Shown here: piece by piece, positions 48,941-64,000 of the stretch
Layout of the letters: every line of letters starts with the position of its first letter
Position numbering within the stretch: position 1 is the first letter of the stretch
DNA from: the human T2T-CHM13v2.0 reference genome, Homo sapiens
Direction: 5' to 3' (one strand)
DNA: 64,000 bases
NCBI RefSeq assembly: GCF_009914755.1
Contig: NC_060928.1
Position numbers and translations under genes: made by a program
The notes under the pieces: model-generated
What the model was told of the DNA's origin: nothing
Database searches by the model: none
The model's input: the letters and a program-made list of their open reading frames with translations, nothing else

Positions 48941-51302
48941 TGTTTTAGGCTGTTCTTTTATTGCTATAAATAAATACTTGAGACTGGGTAATTTATAAGG
49001 GAAAGAGGTTTAATTAGTTCATGATTCTGCAGGCTTTACAGGAATCAAGATACTGGTAGATCTGCTCAGTTTTTGGAGAGGCCTCATGAAGCCATGAAGT
49101 CATGGCAGAAGGCAAAGCAGTGCAGGCACATCACATGGCCAGAGCAAGAGCAAGCGAGAGAGAGAAAGAGAGAGGTGCCACACACTTCTAAACAGTCAGA
49201 TCTTACAAGAAGTCACTTACTATTGCGAGGACAGCACCAGAAGGATGGTGCTAAATTGTTCATAAGAAATCTGTCCCCATGATCCATTCATCTGCCACCA
49301 GTCCCCACCTCCAATACTGGAGATTACAATTCAACATGAGATTTGGGTGGGGACACATATTCAAACTATATCATACTGACCCTGGACCCTCCCAAATCTC
49401 ATGTCCTTCTCACATTTCAAAATACAATCATCCCTCCACAATAGTCCCCTCAAGCCTTAACTCATTCCAGCATCAACTCAAAGTCCAAAGTCTTATCTGA
49501 CACAAGGCAGGTCCCTTCCACCTATGAGCCTGTAAAATAAAGAACAAGTTATTTACTTTCAAGATACAATGGGGTTATAGGCATTGGGTCAACATTCCCA
49601 TTCCCAAAGGGAGAAATCGGCCAAAAGAAAGGGGCTACAAGCCCCACAGAAGTTCAGAACCCAGCAGGGCTGAAAACTCCAAATAAACTCCATTGACTCC
49701 ATATCCCATATCCAGAGCACACTGATGCAAGGGGTGGAGCTCTTGGGAGGGATGGAACACCCTGTGGCTTTGCAGGGTTTAGCCCCTGCAGCTGCTCTCA
49801 GGGGCTGTTGTCGAGTGCCTGTGGTTTTTCCTGGTGCAGAGTACAGGCTGTTGGTGGATATATTATTCATGGAGGATGGTGGCCCTCCCCTCGTAGCTTC
49901 ACGAGGCAGTGCCCCAGTGGAGACTCTGTGTGGGGACTTCAACCCCACATTTCCCCTCTGCAGTGCCCTAGTAGAGGTTCTCTGTGAGGGCTCCAATCCT
50001 GCAGCATGCTTCTGTCTGGACACCCTGGTTTTTTAATATATACTCCGAAATCTAGGCAGAGGCTCCCAAGCCTCAACTCTTAACACTCTGTACACCCACA
50101 GGCTAACACCACATGGAAGCGGCCAAGGTTTATGGCTGTCACAAGCTGAAGCAGCAGCCCAAGCTGCACCTGAACTCCTTTGAGCCACGGCTGGAGCTGG
50201 AGTCATAGGGATGCAGGGAGCAGTGTCTCGAGGCTGCACAGGGCAGTGGACCCTGGGGCTGGCCCATGAGACCATTCTTCCCTCCTAGGCCTCTGGGCCT
50301 GTGATGGGAGGGGCTGCCATGAAGGTGTCTGAAATGCCTTAAAGGCCTTTTTCCCATTGTTTTGGCAATCAGCCTTTGCCTCCTTTTTAGTTATGCAAAT
50401 TTCTCTAGCAAGTGGTTGCCCAGCAGCCCTCTTTAATTCTCTCCCAAAAAAGCTTTTACTTTCTCTGTCACATGGCCAAGCTACAAATTTTCCAACCTTT
50501 TATGCTCTGCTTCCCTTTTACTTTTTTTTTATTTTAAAGAGATGGGGTCTCACTATGTTGTCCAGGCTAGTTTGAACTCTTGGACTCAAGCAATCCTCTC
50601 ACTCATCCTCCCAAAGTGTTGGGATTATAGGTGTGAGCCACTGCGCCCAGCCTCTGCTTCTCTTTTAAATATAAGTTTCAACTTCAAGTCATTTCTTTGC
50701 TTCTGCATCTGACTGTAGGCTATTGGAAGCAGCCAGGCCATATCGTGAACACTTTGCTGCTTAGAAATTTCTTCCACCAGATATCCTAGGTCATCACTCT
50801 CAAGTTCAAACTTCCACATATTCCTAGGGCATGGACATAATGTGGCCAAGTTCTTTGCTGAAGCTTAACAAGGGTGACCTTTACTCCAGTTCCCAATAAG
50901 TTCTTCATTTTCATCCGAGACCTTGGCAGCCTGGATTTCATTGTCCATATCATTATCAGCATTTTGGTCACAAGCATTTAACCAGTCTCTAAGAAGTTCC
51001 AAACTTTCCTTCATCTTCCTGTCTTCTTCTGAGCCCTCCAAACTCTTCTTATCTCTGCCTGTTACCCAGTTATCTTTACAGCAATTCCCCATTCCTTGAT
51101 ACCAATTTTCTCTATTAGGCTGTTTTTGCATTGCTATAAAGAAATACCTGAGACTGAGTAATTTATAAAGAAAAGAGGTTTCATTGGCACATGGATTCTG
51201 CAGGCTATACAGGCATTTGCTTCTGGAGAGGCCTCAGGAAGCTTCCAATCATGGTGGAAGGTAAAGGGGGAGCAGGCATATCACATGGCCAGAGCAGGAG
51301 CA

Positions 51303-51342
<40 letters not shown>

Positions 51343-51539
51343 GCCATACAGTTTTAAACAGGCAGATCTTGCAAGAAGTCACTCACTTTTGCAAGGATAG
51401 CACCAAGGGGATGGTGCTAAACCATTTGTGAGAAATTCACCCCCATGATCCAGTCACCTCCCACCAGGCCCCACCTCCAATACTGGGGATTACACTTCAA
51501 CATGAGATTTGGGTGGGGACACATATCCAAACTATATCA
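48941..51539 (-). mobile_element. MST (ERVL-MaLR) element with two LTRs (48941-49373, 51111-51539) and internal region; Alu monomer at ~50522-50652
   Basis: Both LTRs read T(G/C)T(T/A)TTAGGC...AAACTATATCA; MaLR ORF remnants (LELLRDWLNACDQNADNDMD); (GA)n at 51306-51340. Confidence 0.9.
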
Positions 51540-51614
51540 TTGCGTGTGTGTGTGTGTGTGTATAATTTTTAAACCAGATATATGTTTCTGCATATCTCTT
51601 TCCTTTCTTTCATT

Positions 51615-51938
51615 CTTTCTTTCTTTTTTTTTTTTTTTTTTTTTGAGACAGAGTCTCACTCTGTCACCCAGGCTGCAGTGCAGTGGTGTGATCTCGGCTC
51701 ACTGCAACTCATTGCAACCTCCTCCTCCCTGATTCAAGCAATTCCCCTGCCTCAGCCTCCTGAGTAGCTGGGATTACAGGCACATGCCACCATGCCTGGC
51801 TAATTTTTTTGTATTATTAGTAGAGATAGGGTTTTACCATGTTGGCCAGACTGGTCTCAAACTTCTGACCTCAGGCAATCCACCCACCTCGGCCTCCCAA
51901 AGTGCTGGGATTATAGGCATAAGCCACCATGCCTGGCC
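51615..51938 (-). mobile_element. AluS-type element
   Basis: Antisense Alu. Confidence 0.9.
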
Positions 51939-51977
51939 TATATATCTATTTTCTAAGATAGAATCTTTGCATAGTGA

Positions 51978-52271
<294 letters not shown>

Positions 52272-52560
52272 TGAGTGGAGTGTGGAAGGAGATGCTAGGA
52301 GATAGATGTTGGAAAGGCCATTAATAACAGGGGCCTCTTACTTACCTGTCTCTCTCCTTCATCCCCTACGCAGGTCAGGGAGTCTGAAATCATCAGGCAT
52401 CTACTCTTCTCTAGAGCTTTCTCTCTGTTGGGAGTGGGTGGAGTGAGAACCTGGGAGAAGGCCAGCCCTTTATATCCAGGCAGACAGCTCCAAGTGCCAC
52501 CATGGATCAGCCAGTCTTGCAGGGGTGATGCTATATCAGCTACAGATGGCTTGATCCTGA

Positions 52561-52779
<219 letters not shown>

Positions 52780-52854
52780 TAGAGATTCGGTGCCTGTTTT
52801 TTAAAACATCAATAGATTTCAAGGGGTCAGTACACTGCCTTGGCAGCAGATTGC

Positions 52855-53062
52855 CCAGGTGTGAGTGCCAGCTCCACCACTTACTTAATTTGGATTTGGG
52901 GCTAGATACTTGACTGTTCTGCCCCTCTGTCTCCCTGATTGTAGTGGGAGGTGATAATAGTACCTATTTGCTGAGTTGCTATGGGGATTAAATCAATGAA
53001 TTCATGTAAAGTGCTTAGGACAGTGCCTGGCATATAGAAACAGCACTCAATAATGTTAGCTA
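52855..53062 (+). mobile_element. MIR element
   Basis: GATAATAGTACCT...ATGTAAAGTGCTTAGGACAGTGCCTGGCATATAG...CTCAATAATGTTAGCTATT. Confidence 0.75.
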
Positions 53063-53064
53063 TT

Positions 53065-53103
<39 letters not shown>

Positions 53104-53399
53104 TTTTCTTTTTTTTTGAGACAGAGTCTCACTCTGTCACCCAGGCTGGAGTGCAGTGGCGCAATCTTGGCTCACTGCAAACTTCTGCCTCCCAGGTTGA
53201 AGCAATTCTCCTGCCTTAGCCTCCCGAGTAGGTGGGATTACAGGCATGCACCACCATGTTCAGCTAATTTTTGTATTTTTAGTAGAGACAGGGTTTCACC
53301 ATGTTGCCCAGACTGGTCTCGAACTCCTGGCCTCAAGTGATCTACCTGCCTCAGCCTCCCAAAGTGCTGGGATGACAGGTGTGAGCCACTGCATCTGGC
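53063..53399 (-). mobile_element. AluS-type element with (TTTA)n tail
   Basis: Antisense Alu; TSD TGTTAGCTATT. Confidence 0.92.
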
Positions 53400-53959
53400 A
53401 AGTGTTAGCTATTAATATGTCAATTGCGTGTATGCATGGACAAGCATGCATTCCCAAGGATGGTGTCTTTATATTTTAAGCTTTTATCAGATTTTCAAAA
53501 GCCATCTGTGACCCCTAAAATAGATTGGAACCATTTGGGTTTATGTATCTTGGAGGCACAGTTTCCTTAAAGATACTCATTTTGTTGTCTACTTGAACCA
53601 TTCTTCCCATCCCTTCCACTTCTCAGCAGATGACATAGCTCCCTGTGGGGATATATCTGCTCCCTGTAGGTACAATTCCAAATCACCTCACTGCACTGGA
53701 TGTGAGACAGCTTATGGCAGCTGCTGCTTCCACCTAGAGAAAGACATGGGCCTGCATCCATGCTGTGTGTGATTCATGTACTCATGTGGCCGTGATAGCT
53801 GTAATCGGCTCATAGATCATTGGATCTGTTCTTAGTTTTGTTCCCAGGAATATCTAAAAATAGGAAACTGGTCCATTCAGGGCTTACACCTTTTGGGTGA
53901 AAATTCAGGATTAATGTTTTTGGATATTATTCCTTTGGAGGACATAAAAGGCAATATTG

Positions 53960-54045
53960 ACCATTCATCATTCATCTAGTATTTATTGAGCACCTACTAT
54001 GTGCCAGGGACTGAGAGTTCAGTAATGAACAAAACACATGTAAAA
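53960..54045 (-). mobile_element. L2 3'-end fragment
   Basis: CATTCAT...ATTTATTGAGCACCTACTATGTGCCAGG. Confidence 0.65.
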
Positions 54046-54068
54046 GACACTCAAATGGGACAAGATAA

Positions 54069-54377
<309 letters not shown>

Positions 54378-55514
54378 TAAGATAACCTGGTGTGAGGCCA
54401 GTATGCTGCAGCCGCCTCAAACCACATGTTGTGCCTTATTGTGTCTGAGATAGGCCCATGCAGGTGGAGATGGGGGTTTTTGTTGGGGGTTGCGTCTCAC
54501 TCCTGGCCTCTGCCCCTCCTCTCCTTTGGGCTATGCCAGAGTGACTTCCTCCCACTGGAAGTGGTCCCAATGACATTCGCATCCCAGCTGCTTTTTCATT
54601 TTGGGCTTTGGGTCACATGGGTTCACCCATGGAGAGTGGGCCCTCCCTCACCTGGTGGCGATTGATGCTCAGGTGAAAAGGGGTACGTGGCGGGAAGGGC
54701 AGGGCTCTCATTCCTGGTTGTCATTGGCCAGTCTTGACAACCCAGGTGCTGAACAACCCAGGTGCCCTGGGCTATCCGGTGAGGTCCCTAAGAGAAGGAT
54801 GAGCCATAACCCTGACATCTGGATGGTTCATCTGGGGAGATGAGACTTACACACTTAGGGATAAACAGTGTGCTGCTGATTTAAAATTGTAATTTGAGTC
54901 TTGAGTAAAGAGAAAGGAGTCCTGGAATAGTGTGGGAAGGCTTCAGAGAGGGAACTTAACTTGACCTGGCCTTGGCTTTGAAAGTGTGAAATGTTTCATG
55001 AATTTATCTGTGATCAGGATGTAATAGTAAAGTGTGTCTTCCTGCCCCGTCTCCTTTTTCATCCTAGTTCTCCCTCCATGGATGATCACAATGGATCATC
55101 CCCGAGTGGCTTAATGGAGTCCTGTACTCCCTTAAAAGCAGAGAGGCCACAACTTTGATTTTTGCTTTAGCTATTTGAACATACCTGGTGAAAAAGACTC
55201 TCTGGGTTTTAATGATTCAGAATTTCTCCTTGCTTTTCTAGTTCATTTTGTCTGTGTTGATCCAGTAGTCATACACATTGAAAAACACTTGAACGCTTAT
55301 TTCTAAAGATGTAGAATTTTTGTGATGGTACTTGGACTTGACCAACCTGGAGTCCTAATTAAACTTAAGGTTTGAGCTGGTCTCTGAAGTCAAGGAGATG
55401 ATGACACTGAATTTTCTTGAAAAAACCAGTGCTTCAAGGCTATAGGATCTGAAAGGTTTTCTAACAGTGTTCTATCATGCCAAGTGTTTCAGCAATGCAC
55501 TGAGCGTTTGTTAG

Positions 55515-55643
<129 letters not shown>

Positions 55644-55693
55644 TGAGCTCCTTCCCCATCCCGGGGGCCTGTGTTCACAGTCTGTGGGTCTAG

Positions 55694-55891
<198 letters not shown>

Positions 55892-57056
55892 TAAAGCTGG
55901 AAGTTATACCAGTGAGCTGTGCTGTTCCGCAGTTCTAGAGGAGCATTTTCAAAAGAGGCAAAAGACTGTGTGATCCAGTGGCTGGGCTTCATGGCGGTGC
56001 TCCACGAGACCCTAGTAGCAATGATGAATGAAAACCCTCCCCTTCCCGTGGGGCTTTCCTTTCATCTTATATGTGCAGTACCTGTAAGCACTATTCTCCA
56101 GATGTTTGAGTATCAGAAGTTAGTGTGCAGTTAGAAGACTCAGGGCATCCATGGCCATTACATCACTAATTTGAGTGCACTTAAATCCATGCGAAATTGG
56201 CTTTTACCAGCGGACTGGAAGGAACAACCTCAGCTGTTATCTGTGGCACCAGCTGGTTTTTTGTGGAATAGGAAGCATTGTTCAAAGGAACAAATGTAAT
56301 TTCTTGGAACCAGGCAGGATATGTAAATGAATGAAACAACTTTCTGCTGAGGTGTTGAGAGGAAAACTCAGACATAACCTCAGTTTCTTAGATTGAGATT
56401 AGTCCCTGTGTAGACTTTTTATACTTATCATTTTTCTTCCTTCTTCTCAAGGAGGAATAGTGTTAGGAGATTGTGTGCCGAACTGGAAGTTAAATGCTTC
56501 TGTCTGTTAATTATCTCACTGCCCACTACAACTTTCACAGGTGAGGCAGTGAGGAGGCAGAAGGAAATTAACCCTCAGTTGGTCAAAGATGCTCTGACTG
56601 GTGGAAATGTGTTGGTGGGAAGAGATTGAAGTTATTGTTGAAAATAGGGTCTTTTCACATCCAATGTGAGACCTCTCCAATGTTTAAGGATCATGAAGGC
56701 TTTGGGTATTATCCACCCAATAGAAGGCCTCACTGCCTCTCTATGGGACCCATCCAAGCCCTGGAAAGGCAACGTGATGGGGACCAGAAGGATTCTCAGT
56801 TGTAGCTACTGACTTGGAGAAGGGGCTACTGGTATCTTAGCACCTAATGGCAGAAGCTCTTTACCATTGGTGGCCCCTTCTTCATGTTCTATGTCTCTGG
56901 GGATAGTTGACATGACTCTCCTTCAACTAAGTCCCACATCTTCCAGGTAGTTTGGAAATATGTACAGTTAAATAATGGTAAGTTCTGAGTGTCTCTATTC
57001 ATTTTTGAGGTTTGGTTGTTAACACTTGATTAAATATGTTCAATGAATGTTTATAG

Positions 57057-57299
<243 letters not shown>

Positions 57300-58190
57300 T
57301 AGCTGTGGGGGCAGCCTCGGTGTCTCACCTTTCCCCTCCCCTATAGGCCCTGAAGGAGAGGACCCATTTTCCCGATAATGGTGCACTCCCGGTTGGTAAA
57401 TATGTACTCAGGGACAAGTTGCAGAATCCTCAGGAGGTCCACGTGGTTTTGAAAATGCTTCCCAGATGATTCTAATATGTTCCCCCTGGGGCTGGGAGAG
57501 GGATGTGCATGTTGTGGGGAGAGGGACATGCTTCCCTGGTGGAGAATCTTTGAGCTAAATTCTCAGGTAATTTGATCAAATTGATACAGAACTGTGATTA
57601 CTGAGATCATATAAGCCTCTCCTGCCATTGTCTTAAATAGTCATTGAACTGGGGAAAAAGTGAAGAGAGGCGGGACTGGGTCCTTTGACGCTATACCCTA
57701 CCTGTGAATTTGAATCACCTGCAGAGATTTAAAAACTGCTGATCTACAAGCCTCACCCAAAACAACAAATTAGAATCCCTGGGGGTGGTGGCCAACTGCT
57801 CCCTGGCTGATTTGTTTCTTCTTTCTTTTAAATTTTGTATTATGGAAGATTTCTAACGTGTGCACAATTCACATAGTATAGTGAGCTGTTCAGTATTCGT
57901 CACCCAGCTTCAATGACTATGCCCTCTGCCAGCCTGGATGCACACATGGCCATGTCTGTCTCTCCTCAGCCTCCTCTGGATTGTTTGGAAGCAAATCCTA
58001 GACACCTTATCATTTCACCCATAAATATTCCAGTGTGTGTCTCTTAAAGATAAGGGCTCTATTTTAAAGAAGAACAACAGTTATTAAAAATAACTACAAT
58101 GCCGTTATCTCACCCAAAACAGGGACAATAAATCGTTAAGGCATCAGGCAGCCAGTTAAAGTTCAAATTATCTCACAAATATTATCATAC

Positions 58191-59786
58191 TCCATTAAAA
58201 AGTGGGCAGAGGACATAAGCAGACACTTTTCAAAAGAAGACATACCTGCAGCCAACAAGCATATGAAAAAAATGCTCAACATCACTGATCACTAGAGAAA
58301 TGCAAATCAGAACCGTGATGAGATACCATCTCACACCAGACAGAATGGTTATTATTAAAAAGTCAAAAAATAACAGATGCTGGTGAGGTTGTGGAGAAAA
58401 GGGGAAGCGTATACACTGCTTGTTGAAGTGCAAATTAGTTCAGCTATTGTGGAAAGCAGTGTGGTGATTTCTCAAAGAACTTTTAACAGAATTACCATTG
58501 GATCCAGCAATCCCATTACTGGGTATATAACCAAAGGAATATAAATCATTCTACCATAAAGACATGCATACGTATGTTCACTGCAGCACTATTCAACGAT
58601 AGCAAAGACATGGAATCATCCTAAATGCCCATTGACAGTAGACTGGATAAAGAACATCTGGCACATATACACCATGGAATACTATGTGTTGATAAAAAAG
58701 AACAAGATCTGAGATACCATCTCCCACCAGTCAGAATGGCTATTATTTAAAAGTCAAAAAGCAACAGATTGTGGCGAGGTTGTGGAGAAAAAGAAACACT
58801 TTTACAATGTTGGTTGGAGTGTAAATTAGTTCAACCATTGTGGAAGACAGTGTGGCGATTCCCCAAAGACCTAGAGGCAGAAATACTGTTTGACCCATCA
58901 ATCCCATTACTGAGTATATACCCAGAGTGATGTAAATCATTCTATTATAAAGGCACATGAATGTGTATGTTCACTGCTGCACTGTTCACAATAGCAAAAT
59001 CATGGAATCAACCTAAATGCCCATCAATGATAGACTGGATAAAGAAAATGTGATACATATACACCATGGAATACGATGCAGCCGTAAAAAGGAATGAGAT
59101 CATGTCCTTTGCAGGGACATGGATGGAGCTGGAAGCCGTTACCGTCAGCAAACTAACACAGGAACAGAAAACCAAACACCACATGTTCTCACTTATAAGT
59201 GGGAGCTGAACGATGAGGACACATGGACACATGGAGGGAAACAACACACACTGGAGCCTTTCAGGGGTTGGGGATTGGGTGGAACATCAGGAAGAATAGC
59301 TAATGGATACTGGGCATAATACCTGGGTGATGGGATGATCTGTGCGGCAAACCACCATGACGCATGTTTACCCATGTAACAAACCTGCACATCCTGCATA
59401 TGTACCCCTGAACTTAAAAAGTGGAAAATACAAAAATGAAATTAAAAAAAGAACAAGATCATGTCCTTTGCAGCAACGTGGATGGAGCCGGAGGTCACTA
59501 TCCTTAGCAAACTAATACGGGAACAGAAGACCAGATACCGCATGTTCTCACTTATAAGTGGGAGCTAAAACAACGAGAACACATGGACACAAAGAGGGGA
59601 ACAACAGACACCAGGGCATAGTTGAGGGTGCAGGGTGGGAGAAGGAAGAGGATCAGAAAAAATACCTATCGGATACTGTGCTTATTATTTGGGTGATGAA
59701 ATAATCTGTACATCAAACCGCCATGACATGTGATTTATCCATGTAACCTGCACACGTGCCCTTGAACATAAAATAAAAGTTAAAAA
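58191..59786 (+). mobile_element. 5'-truncated L1 (older L1PA/L1PB) containing a nested L1
   Basis: L1 ORF2 3' end and 3' UTR; TSD ATTATCATAC; sits within older antisense L1M-like sequence (~57830-60170). Confidence 0.85.
58710..59444 (+). mobile_element. Nested 5'-truncated L1PA
   Basis: 16-bp TSD AAAAAAGAACAAGATC (58694-58709 / 59445-59460). Confidence 0.88.
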
Positions 59787-60174
59787 AAAATTATCATACA
59801 CTTGTTTTGTTCTGTCTGAGATCCAGATAAGAGTCACACATTGCACTTGGTTGCTATGTCTCTGTAAGTTCACTATGCCTCTATTTTTTGCCCTCTTACA
59901 TATTATTTGTGAAGAAACCATAGTGTTTGCCTGTGGAGTTCCCACAATCGGCATTTTGCTGATTACATCCTTGAAGTGTCCTTCTCAGGTGCTTCTGTCT
60001 TCTCTATGTGTTGTAAACTGGTAGTTAGTCTAGGAACTTAACCTGACTCAGGTTAGATCTTTGGCAAACATGCTTCATAGATGGTTCTGTGTGCTTCTGT
60101 CAAGAGGTATGCACTGTCCAGTTGTCTGCCTTTTGTAACATTATCAGTCATTGGGTGATCATTACCTAGAATTT

Positions 60175-60477
60175 CTTTTTTTTTTTTTTTTTTTTGAGAT
60201 GGAGTCTCGCTCTGTCACCCAGGCTGGAGTGCAGTGGTGTGATCTCAGCTTACTGTAACCTCCACCTCCTGAGTTCAAGCCATTCTCATACCTCCGCCTC
60301 CTGAGTAGCTGGGATTACAGGCACATGCCACCATGCCCAGCTAATTTTTGTATTTTTAGTAGAAATGGGGTTTCAGCATGTTGGCCAGGCTGGTTTTGAA
60401 CTCCTGACCTCAAGTGATCTGCCGGTCTCGGCCTCCCAAGGTGCTGGGATTATAGGCATGAACCACCTCACCTGGCC
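60175..60477 (-). mobile_element. AluS-type element
   Basis: Antisense Alu; TSD-like TAGAATTTCTTT / TAGATTCTTT. Confidence 0.92.
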
Positions 60478-60653
60478 TAGATTCTTTAACTCAGCACCAA
60501 GGTGGAGCTAATGCCCAGGCAGGACTGAGAATCACTGGTTGACGTGGTCAGATGGAGGAGACCATGCCCCAGTTCTCCGCTGTCTTTGCATGGCCCTTGG
60601 ACAGAGGTAGGAGAAGGTGATGATAGTGGCCCCTAGTTCAAGGTCCAAGTTGC

Positions 60654-60654
<1 letters not shown>

Positions 60655-60695
<41 letters not shown>
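60655..60695 (+). repeat. (TG)n microsatellite
   Basis: About 20 TG units. Confidence 0.95.
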
Positions 60696-60699
<4 letters not shown>

Positions 60700-61851
60700 C
60701 TCTTCTTTCCCATCAGAACATTATTTTGGAGGCTTATGACTGTGACCTTTGTTAACCAATTTAGGTATAATATGTAGACAGCCCTTGTTTATTTGTATGG
60801 ACTGGGTAATTTTGAAAGTATGGCTTTTCTATTTTGTTTTAGAATATGTTATGTGATTTGAAGATGGGACACAGTGGCCCATCAGTCTTCGGTTTTTTAT
60901 TATGCTTTGCTCAGGCCAGTTTTTATAACGTGTTTATATCTCTTGAGCATACGGTGTTCCTCCAAGTTTTGGGGGTCTGCGATGGAACTTCACGGGGGTC
61001 GGGGAAGGCTGGGCAGTGAATCTAGGGCTCTCTGTCTCAGATCCTTTCTCAATTTGGTTACTTTGTGTTTGTGGGCTCTGAATAATATTTGAGTTGTAAG
61101 AGGGTTCTGCTTTTATATAAAGTTAGAAAGTCACATTGGAATAAATAACATGAGAAAGGTGCCCAGAAGTTTTCTAGGGCTACAACAGGCTGAGCTGCAG
61201 AATTTGACACGCCAGGAATTGAACTTTCTCAGTTGAAGTTCACGTTCAAGTTAAGTAACTTGTGTGGCATCACACAGCTAGTAAGTGGGGGGACCATTCC
61301 AGACCTAAGGCTTTCTGACTCCAGAACTCCCCTTTCAGCCACTTCTCTAGTACGTAAGGAGCCGTCACCTGGGCCCTCAAGTTGGGGGTTGGTGGGGGGG
61401 CATTTGATGTCAAGAGAGAGGGGAAGAGGGCATTCCAGGCAAGTGGCAGGAGATCCTGAGAACACAGTTTGGATGCTCAGGAGGCTTCCGGGAGAGCACC
61501 TGATGGGCCTGGCTGCAGCTTGCACCCTGATGGGCCTGACTTCACCCCCTGCTCTGCCTTCCCAGGCCTTTGGATCAGGCATTGCTTATGTTCTCTTCCA
61601 CTAGGATTGAGTAGGGAAAGTAGAAATTCTTGCAGCTTGTCAGTAACTTTGATGAAAGACCCAGCAGAAAAGCAGGAAAGCTGAAGAGTAAAAATGATGG
61701 GTGGACCTTGGTTTTCCACGTGGCCTACCACAGCATGTCAGGCCTGGGGGCAGAATCTTGCCATACTGTGCAGCCCAAATTTGAATGCCAAAGGCTTTCG
61801 TTTGTCTCTGGGGGGCCACAGTCTAGGTCTAGTTCTGTGTAGGAGTTGTAA

Positions 61852-62025
<174 letters not shown>

Positions 62026-64000
62026 CTGGCGGATTCGAGGGGTTCCTTCCACTTCTGGGGCCACCTCTGGATCCCGTTCAGAAAACCACTTTATTGCAAT
62101 GCGGAGGTTGAGAGGAGGACTTGGTTGATGTTTAAAGAGAAGTTCCCAGCCAAGGGCCTCGGGGAGCGTTCTAAATATGAATGAATGGGATATTTTGAAA
62201 TGAACTTTGTCAGTGTTGCCTCTTGCAATGCCTCAGTAGCATCTCAGTGGTGTGTGAAGTTTGGAGATAGATGGATAAGGGAATAATAGGCCACAGAAGG
62301 TGAACTTTGTGCTTCAAGGACATTGGTGAGAGTCCAACAGACACAATTTATACTGCGACAGAACTTCAGCATTGTAATTATGTAAATAACTCTAACCAAG
62401 GCTGTGTTTAGATTGTATTAACTATCTTCTTTGGACTTCTGAAGAGACCACTCAATCCATCCATGTACTTCCCTCTTGAAACCTGATGTCAGCTGCTGTT
62501 GAACTTTTTAAAGAAGTGCATGAAAAACCATTTTTGAACCTTAAAAGGTACTGGTACTATAGCATTTTGCTATCTTTTTTAGTGTTAAAGAGATAAAGAA
62601 TAATAATTAACCAACCTTGTTTAATAGATTTGGGTCATTTAGAAGCCTGACAACTCATTTTCATATTGTAATCTATGTTTATAATACTACTACTGTTATC
62701 AGTAATGCTAAATGTGTAATAATGTAACATGATTTCCCTCCAGAGAAAGCACAATTTAAAACAATCCTTACTAAGTAGGTGATGAGTTTGACAGTTTTTG
62801 ACATTTATATTAAATAACATGTTTCTCTATAAAGTATGGTAATAGCTTTAGTGAATTAAATTTAGTTGAGCATAGAGAACAAAGTAAAAGTAGTGTTGTC
62901 CAGGAAGTCAGAATTTTTAACTGTACTGAATAGGTTCCCCAATCCATCGTATTAAAAAACAATTAACTGCCCTCTGAAATAATGGGATTAGAAACAAACA
63001 AAACTCTTAAGTCCTAAAAGTTCTCAATGTAGAGGCATAAACCTGTGCTGAACATAACTTCTCATGTATATTACCCAATGGAAAATATAATGATCAGCAA
63101 AAAGACTGGATTTGCAGAAGTTTTTTTTTTTTTTCTTCATGCCTGATGAAAGCTTTGGCGACCCCAATATATGTATTTTTTGAATCTATGAACCTGAAAA
63201 GGGTCAGAAGGATGCCCAGACATCAGCCTCCTTCTTTCACCCCTTACCCCAAAGAGAAAGAGTTTGAAACTCGAGACCATAAAGATATTCTTTAGTGGAG
63301 GCTGGATGTGCATTAGCCTGGATCCTCAGTTCTCAAATGTGTGTGGCAGCCAGGATGACTAGATCCTGGGTTTCCATCCTTGAGATTCTGAAGTATGAAG
63401 TCTGAGGGAAACCAGAGTCTGTATTTTTCTAAACTCCCTGGCTGTTCTGATCGGCCAGTTTTCGGAAACACTGACTTAGGTTTCAGGAAGTTGCCATGGG
63501 AAACAAATAATTTGAACTTTGGAACAGGGTTGGAATTCAACCACGCAGGAAGCCTACTATTTAAATCCTTGGCTTCAGGTTAGTGACATTTAATGCCATC
63601 TAGCTAGCAATTGCGACCTTAATTTAACTTTCCAGTCTTAGCTGAGGCTGAGAAAGCTAAAGTTTGGTTTTGACAGGTTTTCCAAAAGTAAAGATGCTAC
63701 TTCCCACTGTATGGGGGAGATTGAACTTTCCCCGTCTCCCGTCTTCTGCCTCCCACTCCATACCCCGCCAAGGAAAGGCATGTACAAAAATTATGCAATT
63801 CAGTGTTCCAAGTCTCTGTGTAACCAGCTCAGTGTTTTGGTGGAAAAAACATTTTAAGTTTTACTGATAATTTGAGGTTAGATGGGAGGATGAATTGTCA
63901 CATCTATCCACACTGTCAAACAGGTTGGTGTGGGTTCATTGGCATTCTTTGCAATACTGCTTAATTGCTGATACCATATGAATGAAACATGGGCTGTGAT
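62026..64000 (+). other. PDGFRA: PDGFRA 3' UTR (continues past the window)
   Basis: AT-rich sequence with no obvious repeats, directly following the stop codon. Confidence 0.9.

Noticed and set aside
49589-51131. Several 70-144 aa ORFs in intron 16
   Set aside because: Fragments of the decayed MaLR internal region.

Overview
Human (great-ape-type) genomic DNA containing the PDGFRA gene on the + strand. The window starts in a CpG island inside intron 1 (exon 1 is upstream of the window) and ends in the 3' UTR. All 22 coding exons (2-23) were delimited by GT-AG junctions. They add up to an intact 3270-nt CDS (1089 aa) with wild-type V561, N659 and D842. The rest is intronic transposon sequence: Alus, a full-length inactive L1PA3/4, MER41, LTR8 and MST LTR elements, and nested L1 fragments. 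I found no new protein-coding system. The most unusual structure is in intron 1: a direct duplication (1761-6243 vs 19209-24258) brackets a truncated MER41 provirus. The two diverged copies share a ~397-bp perfectly identical patch, which suggests gene conversion. The downstream LTR keeps tandem STAT (GAS) motifs. The upstream LTR is followed by a retroviral splice donor and an exonised Alu whose ATG is in frame with PDGFRA. Introns 12-16 carry an internal promoter and three premature-termination routes that would remove the kinase C-lobe. Repeat subfamily names and literature links are from memory, and all alignments were done by eye.
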